From a virus (Duplodnaviria; Caudoviricetes), in IMG/VR virus record IMGVR_UViG_2654587505_000001, positions 1 to 64,000 of that record: 64,000 nucleotides of DNA, one strand, 5' to 3'. The first letter of the stretch is position 1. Every line of letters starts with the position of its first letter. Positions 1 to 8,081 of the stretch are shown here, piece by piece. Made by a program: the position numbers and the translations under genes. The notes under the pieces were generated by a model. That model had not been told where the DNA came from, made no database searches, and worked only from the letters and a program-made list of their open reading frames with translations.

Positions 1-2427
1 CTAAACTGGGTCAGCACTTACTCGAATATCAAATGTACCTCCGACTTGCGCCGATGTGTCTACTTTTAGTCTTACATAAAATTCTAATGAATCATTATAA
101 CTCATCACTTGACCGTATATGAGTGAACTGTTTGCAATAAAAGGATTATTTGTTTTGCTTAATTCTACTGCCAGCCCTTCGATTGAATGTTCTGACCACA
201 AACGGATATTTTGTATGTTATATGGATATGTATTTTTTAGATTTACCTTTATATCCAATGATGATTGACCTGCGACCAATGTTCCGAAATCGAGATATTT
301 TAAGACTTCTCCAATATCAGTTGAATAATAATTTCCGCCTGTGTCAAAGAATAATAGTCCCGTATATTCTCCTATAAAATTTAAAGTAACTTCACTTTGT
401 GCTCCATATTTATCTAATACAATTATTTGTACAGTATTATTGCTTCCCAAATTTATTTCATTGCTGTGAAAGATTCTTTGATAATTTACAGGTGTCGGCA
501 CAAGAGAAGTATAACCAACATTAGGATATATTTGCACATCATTTAACACTACTTTAAACTGAACAGTATCATTTTCCGGATCTTCAATTGTCGCATTCAA
601 TTGCATACCAGTCATAAAGGCTGTTATTGTAGGGTTCTGACTATCAAGTGTAACCGTAGTAATCCAACTTGCTTCACTCCCTTTACTATTAACCATCTCT
701 AATGAAATTTGATTACTTCCTAAAATAAATTTACTATTAGAGATTGTATAATTAATAGCGAGCGGAGAAGGCATAAAATCGGTATAGCCTTCTGAGGGAT
801 ATTCATTAACACCGTTTATAAGAATCCTGTATTGAACACTATTGTTATCTGGATCAGAAATAGTTCCTGCTAATGTAACATCATCACTATGTATTGATGT
901 CTTATCTATTCCCCCTTCAAATGTTGGAGGAAATATTAAAGGCTCTACTATTAACACAGGACGAAAACCATAGGTAACTGATGAAGTCGATGAAGAGATA
1001 TGGGAATATGTATCAACACTAGAACTACCTCGAACTACACGGTTTGCGGCTTGACTAGTAAATGTCGTAGAAGTCCAACTACTTAATCCGCTCCAATTCC
1101 ATACATTATTATCTCCTGCTGTAATTGTCCCATTTAAAGTTGAATTAACAATGTATTTATCCCATTCATTGTCTCTATCTGTCGCACTAACGCCACCCGT
1201 AGGTAGCCGAACAGATAGGTTATATTCGATAGCGTTATCTATCAATTCTAGCTCTGCAATTGAAACATAAGATTCCCCATTTGTATTGACAACACGTAGC
1301 CTATAGTATCTATAAAAATCTACATTTTGACAATTGTAAAATCTTTTCTCGTTAGTTAACCAACCTACCTCGTTATTTCTGTAATCAACCTGAATCCAAT
1401 TATTGTTATTGTTACTTCCTTCCAAATACCAAGTTTTTGGTGCTTGTGTTGCTGATGCACCGCTTGTCAAAGAAATAATTGTATATCCAATAACTTTTTT
1501 TTCATTTCCATTACCAAGATCAATGGTTAGAATTTTATCAGTTGTTGGTGAGGTAGTATTAGAAACCCATCTGTCTGTCGAAGAATTTATAAATTTCTTG
1601 TCAAATGCTTTGTAAGGCTCGTATGCACTACCAGAGTTTCCGTTTGAAGATACTACATAAGGACTAGGTGTCGAATTAGAAGTCATCATAGGGACAACAC
1701 TTTGGTATATTAGATAATTTATAGGTAGACCACTACCACTCGATACACCTATATTATTTAGTGTATCCCATGAAATTCCTGATTGAATATTACGATCTGG
1801 GATCAAATATTTTTTTCCATTCCAGTTCTCGGTCATAATAAAATAAAAATCGCCATCAGGTGTTAAACTGGAAGATTTCGGAATGAAGTCGCTTGTCTCT
1901 CGTCCTAACCCACTAAATATTCCCACTTGTCCACTAGAAGCTTGATAATGACAACGTATCCTTTTACCTACAACTAAATCATGTATATTGGTAACTTCAT
2001 CTGGATGAAGAAGATATCCTGTAGAGTCAATGTCAATAGCCTCAAAGTGAATATCGCTTCCCCAACTTCCTTTAGTCTTATGAGTTACTACGACTTCATG
2101 TGTTCTTAATTCTAAATTTGTTTTTTCATATACTAAAACGGTATTAATTGCAGAACTCGAATAAAGGTCGATAGTTTCTTTTACCCCATCAATCGAAATT
2201 TCTATGACTCCCGCACCATTACCAACAGAATGAATATGCCTTAATTTCGTACCATAAAAAAGGTAACTTATAGTTCCCCCAACGGACGGAGAAACCATCG
2301 ACTGTCCTTCATATTTATTGCTGTCAGCATACATAGAAAATCCATTATATTTAAATGAAGAATATCGTGATCCATATCTTTTCCATCCTGATTCGGGGGT
2401 AGTCAAACGTTCTCCAACTATAGCCAC
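1..2427 (-). CDS. Multidomain putative tail/receptor-binding protein (CLec/Mtd-like fold with inserted F5/8 discoidin domain, C-terminal Ig-like repeats)
   Basis: GTG start with GGAGGTG RBS; discoidin motifs (AFDK..W, APKTWYLEGSN, YRYYRL); GFRPVL motif; two DPxNxxVQ Ig-like repeats; paralogous to 2433..3098. Confidence 0.7.
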   Translation of the reverse strand: MAIVGERLTTPESGWKRYGSRYSSFKYNGFSMYADSNKYEGQSMVSPSVGGTISYLFYGTKLRHIHSVGNGAGVIEISIDGVKETIDLYSSSAINTVLVYEKTNLELRTHEVVVTHKTKGSWGSDIHFEAIDIDSTGYLLHPDEVTNIHDLVVGKRIRCHYQASSGQVGIFSGLGRETSDFIPKSSSLTPDGDFYFIMTENWNGKKYLIPDRNIQSGISWDTLNNIGVSSGSGLPINYLIYQSVVPMMTSNSTPSPYVVSSNGNSGSAYEPYKAFDKKFINSSTDRWVSNTTSPTTDKILTIDLGNGNEKKVIGYTIISLTSGASATQAPKTWYLEGSNNNNNWIQVDYRNNEVGWLTNEKRFYNCQNVDFYRYYRLRVVNTNGESYVSIAELELIDNAIEYNLSVRLPTGGVSATDRDNEWDKYIVNSTLNGTITAGDNNVWNWSGLSSWTSTTFTSQAANRVVRGSSSVDTYSHISSSTSSVTYGFRPVLIVEPLIFPPTFEGGIDKTSIHSDDVTLAGTISDPDNNSVQYRILINGVNEYPSEGYTDFMPSPLAINYTISNSKFILGSNQISLEMVNSKGSEASWITTVTLDSQNPTITAFMTGMQLNATIEDPENDTVQFKVVLNDVQIYPNVGYTSLVPTPVNYQRIFHSNEINLGSNNTVQIIVLDKYGAQSEVTLNFIGEYTGLLFFDTGGNYYSTDIGEVLKYLDFGTLVAGQSSLDIKVNLKNTYPYNIQNIRLWSEHSIEGLAVELSKTNNPFIANSSLIYGQVMSYNDSLEFYVRLKVDTSAQVGGTFDIRVSADPV

Positions 2428-2432
2428 TTATC

Positions 2433-3098
2433 TTACACCTCCCTGTATTCAAGCACAGGTCTAAATCCTACGTTGGTTAAAATGTTAGTGTTTATTTGTG
2501 CTCCTATTCTCTCTTGTACATTTCCTTTTCCAACAATAGATCTATAGGTAGAACCGTTAAAAATTGTGTCCTGTGTCCAACTAAAATTATTCTCATAATG
2601 CCAGACGTTATCATCATCTGGTGTCGCTTTACCATTTAGATTAGACCTCATAATATATTTAACAAACTCGTTATTCGTGGGGTATCCTCCATATTGCCTT
2701 ATATTAACATCAGTGTGTCGGTTTCCGTTTTCGTTTGCATAAGCTACTCCACCTGTAAGAGATCGAATAAGACATTCAACTGTGTTCCCTATGCCATCTA
2801 CAAGAGACAAAGGTAATCCTTGAATTAACTTTCCTGTATTTAACGTTGCCCATGAAATACTACGCTGTACCACTCTATCAGCAATCAGCAATCCTTTATC
2901 TACTTTAATAAAATAAAATGAACCATTTGGTGTTGCTGTTCCTGTAACTGGAATTTCTATTGCAGGAGAACCCCCTAGATTATGAAACGTGCCTACGATT
3001 CCACTTATACTTGACGTGTAATTGCATACTATATAATCTCCAATTTGCATCTCAGAAGTACCTTGTCTTAAAGATCCGGCAGTTGCTGGTGCTGGCAT
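2433..3098 (-). CDS. CLec/Mtd-like fold protein, putative tail-associated
   Basis: LIADR..SW..LN, SLTGG, SWTQ and terminal VGFRPVL motifs; aligns by eye with the central domain of 1..2427. Confidence 0.65.
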   Translation of the reverse strand: MPAPATAGSLRQGTSEMQIGDYIVCNYTSSISGIVGTFHNLGGSPAIEIPVTGTATPNGSFYFIKVDKGLLIADRVVQRSISWATLNTGKLIQGLPLSLVDGIGNTVECLIRSLTGGVAYANENGNRHTDVNIRQYGGYPTNNEFVKYIMRSNLNGKATPDDDNVWHYENNFSWTQDTIFNGSTYRSIVGKGNVQERIGAQINTNILTNVGFRPVLEYREV

Positions 3099-3162
3099 TT
3101 TTAATCACGCTCACATTTTTAAGATTTTTATTTTTTATTAATAAATGAGAATCAAAAACATG

Positions 3163-3777
3163 TTAAACTGTTACCTGCCAATTTAACTCATATGCCACAT
3201 TTTCTTCAGCATTGGCATCATATTCCGATACGACTATCCCATTTTTTTTAATCAATAAACATCCGTTTGAAAACTCTTGACTTGAAACCAAACGCAAATT
3301 TAAAAACACAGGTTTTCCATAAGGTATAGAACAAATCGCTCTAAAATTAAAAGTAACCCCATCTATATTTAATGTTTTCTTATATCCAAAGTTATATTGA
3401 GTTATTGAAGGAGTGACTGAATAATCCCCTCCCAATATATCAAAGTTACTTTCAGCATTTTTATATTGAATAATATCATTATACATTGTCATAGGCTGAC
3501 CAGTTAAATAGTATTCTTTATTATTTGTTTTATCTTTATATATAACTTCAATCATTTGACCTGCAATTTTAAAAATTCCACCTAAAACTTCATAATACAT
3601 ATTCATTCCATATCCAACCATGCCAAATCGAATTAATTTAGATTTATCAATGCTATAAAAACTGTTTTCAGTTTTTGAATCATAAGAGAATTCTGATAAA
3701 AATGTGTTGTCGGCATATGTTGCAATCCAAATAAAACGATTTGTTGCTACAGGACTATCTAAAAATAAATTATTCAT
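3163..3777 (-). CDS. Hypothetical phage protein (tail/baseplate region)
   Basis: 204 aa ORF, GAGGTG RBS, co-oriented with tail genes. Confidence 0.75.
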   Translation of the reverse strand: MNNLFLDSPVATNRFIWIATYADNTFLSEFSYDSKTENSFYSIDKSKLIRFGMVGYGMNMYYEVLGGIFKIAGQMIEVIYKDKTNNKEYYLTGQPMTMYNDIIQYKNAESNFDILGGDYSVTPSITQYNFGYKKTLNIDGVTFNFRAICSIPYGKPVFLNLRLVSSQEFSNGCLLIKKNGIVVSEYDANAEENVAYELNWQVTV

Positions 3778-3807
3778 ATTTTAATGGCACCTCATTGTAT
3801 TGAGAAT

Positions 3808-3842
3808 TAAAAAAGAGTCCACCTTATTTTGGTGAACTCTTA
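3808..3842 (-). terminator. Putative rho-independent terminator
   Basis: minus strand AAGAGTTCACC-loop-GGTGGACTCTT followed by T-run, just after 3863..4327. Confidence 0.65.
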
Positions 3843-3862
3843 AAGAAACTGAAAATTATATT

Positions 3863-4327
3863 TTATACGTATGTATAGGCAACCCTGAGCAGGAAATCTA
3901 CGTTTCCTGCTGTTGCAGTCGCCAAAGGAACAGCATGAAGTGTTACTTGAGCAAAATTTTCTGTTGCATTTGCCGTTGTACCGTCATTCGCAGTACCTTT
4001 AATTGTACCTGCTGGCGCACTACCTCCTGCTTTGATGGATTTTGTTGTAGTACCGCCAATAGGTGTAAATGTTGATTCAGACATTGTATCTACTCGAACA
4101 TGAATCCATTTATTTGTCACTAACTCGCCTGTATCGTTGCCTCCACTATCTTTTGTTGTTATTGTACAACTCGTCATATCCGATACACCTGTAGAACCAC
4201 CGCGATTATTCCAGATTAAAAACGTTGTGTCTGGAGATGTGCTTCCTGCATCTACTTGACCAATTGCCCAATCTGTAATTTGTGCTGCATTTATAGAATT
4301 CCACCAACTTACTTGTGGTTGTGCCAT
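3863..4327 (-). CDS. Hypothetical structural protein (beta-rich)
   Basis: 154 aa ORF, GAGG RBS, Thr/Gly/Ala-rich composition typical of virion proteins. Confidence 0.75.
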   Translation of the reverse strand: MAQPQVSWWNSINAAQITDWAIGQVDAGSTSPDTTFLIWNNRGGSTGVSDMTSCTITTKDSGGNDTGELVTNKWIHVRVDTMSESTFTPIGGTTTKSIKAGGSAPAGTIKGTANDGTTANATENFAQVTLHAVPLATATAGNVDFLLRVAYTYV

Positions 4328-4345
4328 AATAAAATTCCTCCTATA

Positions 4346-5497
4346 TCATTTTATTTTTATATCTAACTGAACAGTAACTCCTCTTATGTTATTATCTAGT
4401 TGCAATACATTAACCCTAAAATAATCATTCTTATTTACATTATTTGTTTTTAAAACAGGAGTTGTTCCTTTTGTTTGGTTTGGATTAATAAAGATATTCT
4501 GATTGAAAATACTTTGCCAAGCCCCACTATTATCAAATTCATTTGAAGATATTTTTTCAATAGCTAACTCTAATGGAGCAACAGTTCCTTCACCCACACA
4601 AAATGCATATGCTTTTATAATTTGACCTTCAAAGGGGAACTGAACTATATAATTTTGAATGCCATCAGATAATATTTTAGGCATAGCAAATACAATACTT
4701 CTAACTGTAAATTGCTTATAATCTTCTTTATCTAAAAGTCCAGTGGAAATATCAGAAGCAATTGGTAATGATCCAATAGAGTTGCCTAAGAACACCCAAC
4801 TATCACTGAAGCCATCATATCTATAAACATCCCCAGTATCATTAACTGTGACGCGCCATCCATTTTCTGGATTAGAGTAGACGATATCCAAATCGTCATA
4901 AGTATCAACTGGTTCCTTATAAATCATTATGGTGCTTGATGCTGCAAAAAGAGCCTCATTTTTTGCATCAATGGCCTCATCTCTGGCAACGTTTGCTCCG
5001 TCTGTAGCTGTATTTGCATTATTTGTTGCATTAATTGCATTTTGTGTTACTACTTGTAAATCATCAATTAGTTTTTGATTTTTACTAATACTCTGATAAA
5101 TCTCATCAATTATCTCTTGTAGGTTTTTCTCAGCAAATGGTGCGTCTTTATTATAAGAAATAATTCTAGAAGCAGGATAAAGAATCATTCCTCTACCTTT
5201 GTACGACGCATATACAGTATTAAATTCTTGAGAGGGATGGAACTGCACAATACCATTTGAATAATGAACAAGGTATTCATTGGGCAGTAATTCTTTCTTA
5301 CGTTCAAAATTAGATTTATCCACTTCAATTAACCCTGAAATGTTAACCTTAAATGTTTCAGCAGGAATTTCTGTGAGGATAATCATGTTATTGATTATTT
5401 TTAAAGAATCTGCTTTGTCAACATACGGATCATCTGGCGTTCCTTTTCGCCATACAATAGTAACTGGGTTATTATATTGAACATATTGTTGAATCAA
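4346..5497 (-). CDS. Putative baseplate/tail fibre protein
   Basis: N-terminal globular region, Ala/Asn-rich coiled coil, YxNPENGW..YRYDG motif seen in tail fibre proteins; position in tail-tip module. Confidence 0.6.
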   Translation of the reverse strand: MIQQYVQYNNPVTIVWRKGTPDDPYVDKADSLKIINNMIILTEIPAETFKVNISGLIEVDKSNFERKKELLPNEYLVHYSNGIVQFHPSQEFNTVYASYKGRGMILYPASRIISYNKDAPFAEKNLQEIIDEIYQSISKNQKLIDDLQVVTQNAINATNNANTATDGANVARDEAIDAKNEALFAASSTIMIYKEPVDTYDDLDIVYSNPENGWRVTVNDTGDVYRYDGFSDSWVFLGNSIGSLPIASDISTGLLDKEDYKQFTVRSIVFAMPKILSDGIQNYIVQFPFEGQIIKAYAFCVGEGTVAPLELAIEKISSNEFDNSGAWQSIFNQNIFINPNQTKGTTPVLKTNNVNKNDYFRVNVLQLDNNIRGVTVQLDIKIK

Positions 5498-5509
5498 AAA
5501 ATCACCCCC

Positions 5510-5836
5510 TTATTCATTCTTTTTATTACATTCCTCACATTCGCTTTCAGGTAGAGAAGATGGGATGTTTGTATTAAACAATAAATTAAAATCTGAAAGC
5601 CTCATCAATAATTCTTCTCTATTTCGATTGACTGAGATTCTTAGATATTCTCGGCTGTCTTCATGAATCTGTTTAATGATTATAATTTCCGTGTCCCCAA
5701 CAATGCTTCTAACCATTGACATATGTTGTTCATCATGTAATCTTTGAATAAGAACTTGAATTTCTTTTTCGATAGTTTCATCACTTGCTGAATAGTCATA
5801 TTTTATTTTATTGATATGATCATAGTATTTCTTCAT
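5510..5836 (-). CDS. Hypothetical protein (C-terminal CxxC)
   Basis: 108 aa ORF with AGGTG RBS directly after PAAR gene. Confidence 0.7.
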   Translation of the reverse strand: MKKYYDHINKIKYDYSASDETIEKEIQVLIQRLHDEQHMSMVRSIVGDTEIIIIKQIHEDSREYLRISVNRNREELLMRLSDFNLLFNTNIPSSLPESECEECNKKNE

Positions 5837-5846
5837 ATAATTTCAC

Positions 5847-6245
5847 CTACACAATTAATACAGTATTTGAACCAGAAGTTACTGTTCCATTCCCACTAAA
5901 ATGTCGAACTGTGTCTCCTTTACAGGCTATTGGAACACCATTTATGAAAACATTGCGAGAAGTTGCGGTAACACTACCTGAACCGCTACTACCGCCTATA
6001 GCTGAAAAACCAGAAGGACACATAACTGACTCAGTAGTTACACTTCCATTGATTGCTACCCTTGAACCATTAATATATACATTTGAAGCTCCATTTGAAA
6101 TTGAACCACTTACTGTCCCCGAACTATATTCATAACATGTCGAACATCCAAATTGACCACAACCACACGCATAAGATCGCATGCAGTGACCACTTGTAGT
6201 AGTTCCACTGATCGTTGAACCGACATATGCAACTTGAAATGACAT
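5847..6245 (-). CDS. PAAR-domain protein (spike tip)
   Basis: GxxNVxING-(R/V)(V/P)-A repeats (GASNVYINGSRVA, SRNVFINGVPIACKGD), terminal GSNTVLIV, His/Cys ligands. Confidence 0.85.
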   Translation of the reverse strand: MSFQVAYVGSTISGTTTSGHCMRSYACGCGQFGCSTCYEYSSGTVSGSISNGASNVYINGSRVAINGSVTTESVMCPSGFSAIGGSSGSGSVTATSRNVFINGVPIACKGDTVRHFSGNGTVTSGSNTVLIV

Positions 6246-6303
6246 ATATTCCCAATTTCACCCCCATTAAATTACTAATAAAATTCCCATTTCATGACAC
6301 AAC

Positions 6304-6335
6304 AAAAAAGCCACCCTAACTGTGGGGTGACTTTT
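6304..6335 (-). terminator. Terminator of doc operon
   Basis: AAAAGTCACCC-loop-GGGTGGCTTTTTT on minus strand at the doc stop. Confidence 0.75.
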
Positions 6336-6732
6336 AAATTTTGACTGGTATAGAATGTCTTCGTAATAACTCAGTTAATGTCTCTATCGAAAGTCTTTTC
6401 TTTGCAACTCTTATTGCTATTATGTATAATAAATTCTCAGATATAATAACTCTATAATTATTAATTAGCAGAAAAGTAAGTGCGCAGGCAACTCCTGTTC
6501 GTTTATTCCCATCTGCAAAATATTGATGGGTAGCAAATCCATGTAGATATATTGCTGCTTTCATAAATAAATCAGGGTATTGATCTTGGCTAAAAATCAC
6601 CATTGATGGTTTATCAGCCATATAATCAATCATCCCTGATTCATGTTCGCCATAGATGCCACCATATCTAATCAAAGCTTCTTCATGAAGATATCTTATA
6701 TCCTCTGAGTCTAAGTAAATAATATTGCTCAA
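6334..6732 (-). CDS. doc: Doc/Fic family toxin (death-on-curing like)
   Basis: Fic/Doc motif xYFADGNKRTG; YPDLFMKAA; 132 aa; overlaps upstream small gene by 4 bp. Confidence 0.85.
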   Translation of the reverse strand: MSNIIYLDSEDIRYLHEEALIRYGGIYGEHESGMIDYMADKPSMVIFSQDQYPDLFMKAAIYLHGFATHQYFADGNKRTGVACALTFLLINNYRVIISENLLYIIAIRVAKKRLSIETLTELLRRHSIPVKI

Positions 6733-6872
6733 TTTTTACTCAACTTCTTAAAAGTGTTGTCATATTGCTTAAAAACCTCATTAGAAGCTTTTTTGATCAA
6801 TTCTTTGTGTGCCATTTTTGCGGTATTATCAGTTAATTTTTTAGCCAGCATATCTTTTCCCTCCTTATCCAT
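6729..6872 (-). CDS. Putative Phd-like antitoxin (47 aa)
   Basis: GGAGG RBS before GTG6875/ATG6872; C-terminal FKQYDNTFKKLS resembles Doc antitoxin helices; ATGA coupling to doc. Confidence 0.65.
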   Translation of the reverse strand: MDKEGKDMLAKKLTDNTAKMAHKELIKKASNEVFKQYDNTFKKLSKN

Positions 6873-6925
6873 CACATATACCTCCTGCTTAAAAGTTAGG
6901 CTGAGTATATGCAACTTCTAAGGAA

Positions 6926-6954
6926 AGTATACCATTTTATATGATGAAAGTAAA
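6926..6954 (-). promoter_or_regulatory. sigmaA-type promoter of TA operon
   Basis: TTTACT-17 bp-TATACT with extended TG. Confidence 0.6.
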
Positions 6955-7201
6955 CTATTATCAACAATAACCGACATGCGAAAATGGTCAAAATGTTCCT
7001 ACATATCTGAGACAAATGGAACCCAAACTTTGTTTACTTGGTAAAGGTTAAATCTTGGAGTGAGGCGCTTATATTCAATATACCACTCTTTTCCCTATGT
7101 TTCTCAATACATTTCGTTATATTTTAAGAGATTTTATTAGATTTCTTAGTTTTTTATGATTTTTTGATTAAAAACTAACCAGAAGGTTAGTTTAGTTAAA
7201 T

Positions 7202-7248
7202 AATAAATAAAAGAAGCTTCGAAAAAATGAAACTTCTTTTATTTATTA
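7202..7248. terminator. Bidirectional-type terminator after ankyrin gene
   Basis: AATAAATAAAAGAAG ... CTTCTTTTATTTATT inverted repeat. Confidence 0.6.
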
Positions 7249-7254
7249 TAAATA

Positions 7255-7983
7255 TTAATCTCTAATTCTTAACTTTCTATATTCAGCGGAATTTTTTTGA
7301 GTAAGGTCTATTGGCATTTTCCCTTCATTGTTTTTAACTTTTGCCTTAACGTTAAAATGATTTAAAAGTTCGCCCATATAAAAACTACTTTTTTCTAGAG
7401 TGGCAAAATGTAATGGCGTATTACCTTCTTTATTTGGTAATTCTGCGTCTACTCCATTATCTTTCAGCACTTGATATACAGGAAAATTATTTTCTATAAT
7501 AGCAAGAATAAGCAAACTGTTTCCAGTATCTTCGTCCTGTGCATTAACAGAGAGTTTCTTTTTTTCAATTGCTCTTTTAATTAGTTCTGGATCAAGTTTA
7601 CCATCTTTAGAATATTTTAGTTGTAAATCTTTAATATATTGTCCTGATGTATCACTCAATTGTTTAGTATCCTCCAATTTCACTTCACTATCGTTTTTGT
7701 TTTTCAACTTTTCCAGATGTTTTTGTCCGTCATTTTCAATCCCAATTATTCCATTCTCACCATCAAAGTCAACTTCATGACCAAATAAATTGCTTACTTC
7801 TCTTAGCGGAACATAACTTGTGCCATTGATTACAATAATGTCATTTTTTAATTCGACAAATTTCCCATTAAGAAGTACTTTGAATTTAGTTAAAGTCGCA
7901 ACGACTTCTCCATTATTTGCGAATACTGGAACACTAAATGTTAGAGCACTTCCTAATAAAACCCCCATAATAAATTTTTTCAT
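7255..7983 (-). CDS. Secreted protein: copper-amine-oxidase N-terminal (stalk) domain plus ankyrin repeats
   Basis: Signal peptide MKKFIMGVLLG..VFA; INGTSYVPLREVS stalk motif; GNSLLILAI / GNTPLHFA ankyrin repeats; own promoter (TTCCTA-17-TATATT) and RBS. Confidence 0.85.
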   Translation of the reverse strand: MKKFIMGVLLGSALTFSVPVFANNGEVVATLTKFKVLLNGKFVELKNDIIVINGTSYVPLREVSNLFGHEVDFDGENGIIGIENDGQKHLEKLKNKNDSEVKLEDTKQLSDTSGQYIKDLQLKYSKDGKLDPELIKRAIEKKKLSVNAQDEDTGNSLLILAIIENNFPVYQVLKDNGVDAELPNKEGNTPLHFATLEKSSFYMGELLNHFNVKAKVKNNEGKMPIDLTQKNSAEYRKLRIRD

Positions 7984-8081
7984 TGATGATTCCCCTCTCT
8001 TAGAATATTGACATACATAATATACCATATTTTAAGAGAGTTAGGAATATATAAATCGAAAAAATATTTATATATTTTATT

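Noticed and set aside
1-3098. Diversity-generating retroelement acting on the CLec-like genes
   Set aside because: No reverse transcriptase and no adenine-variant template repeat visible in the window.
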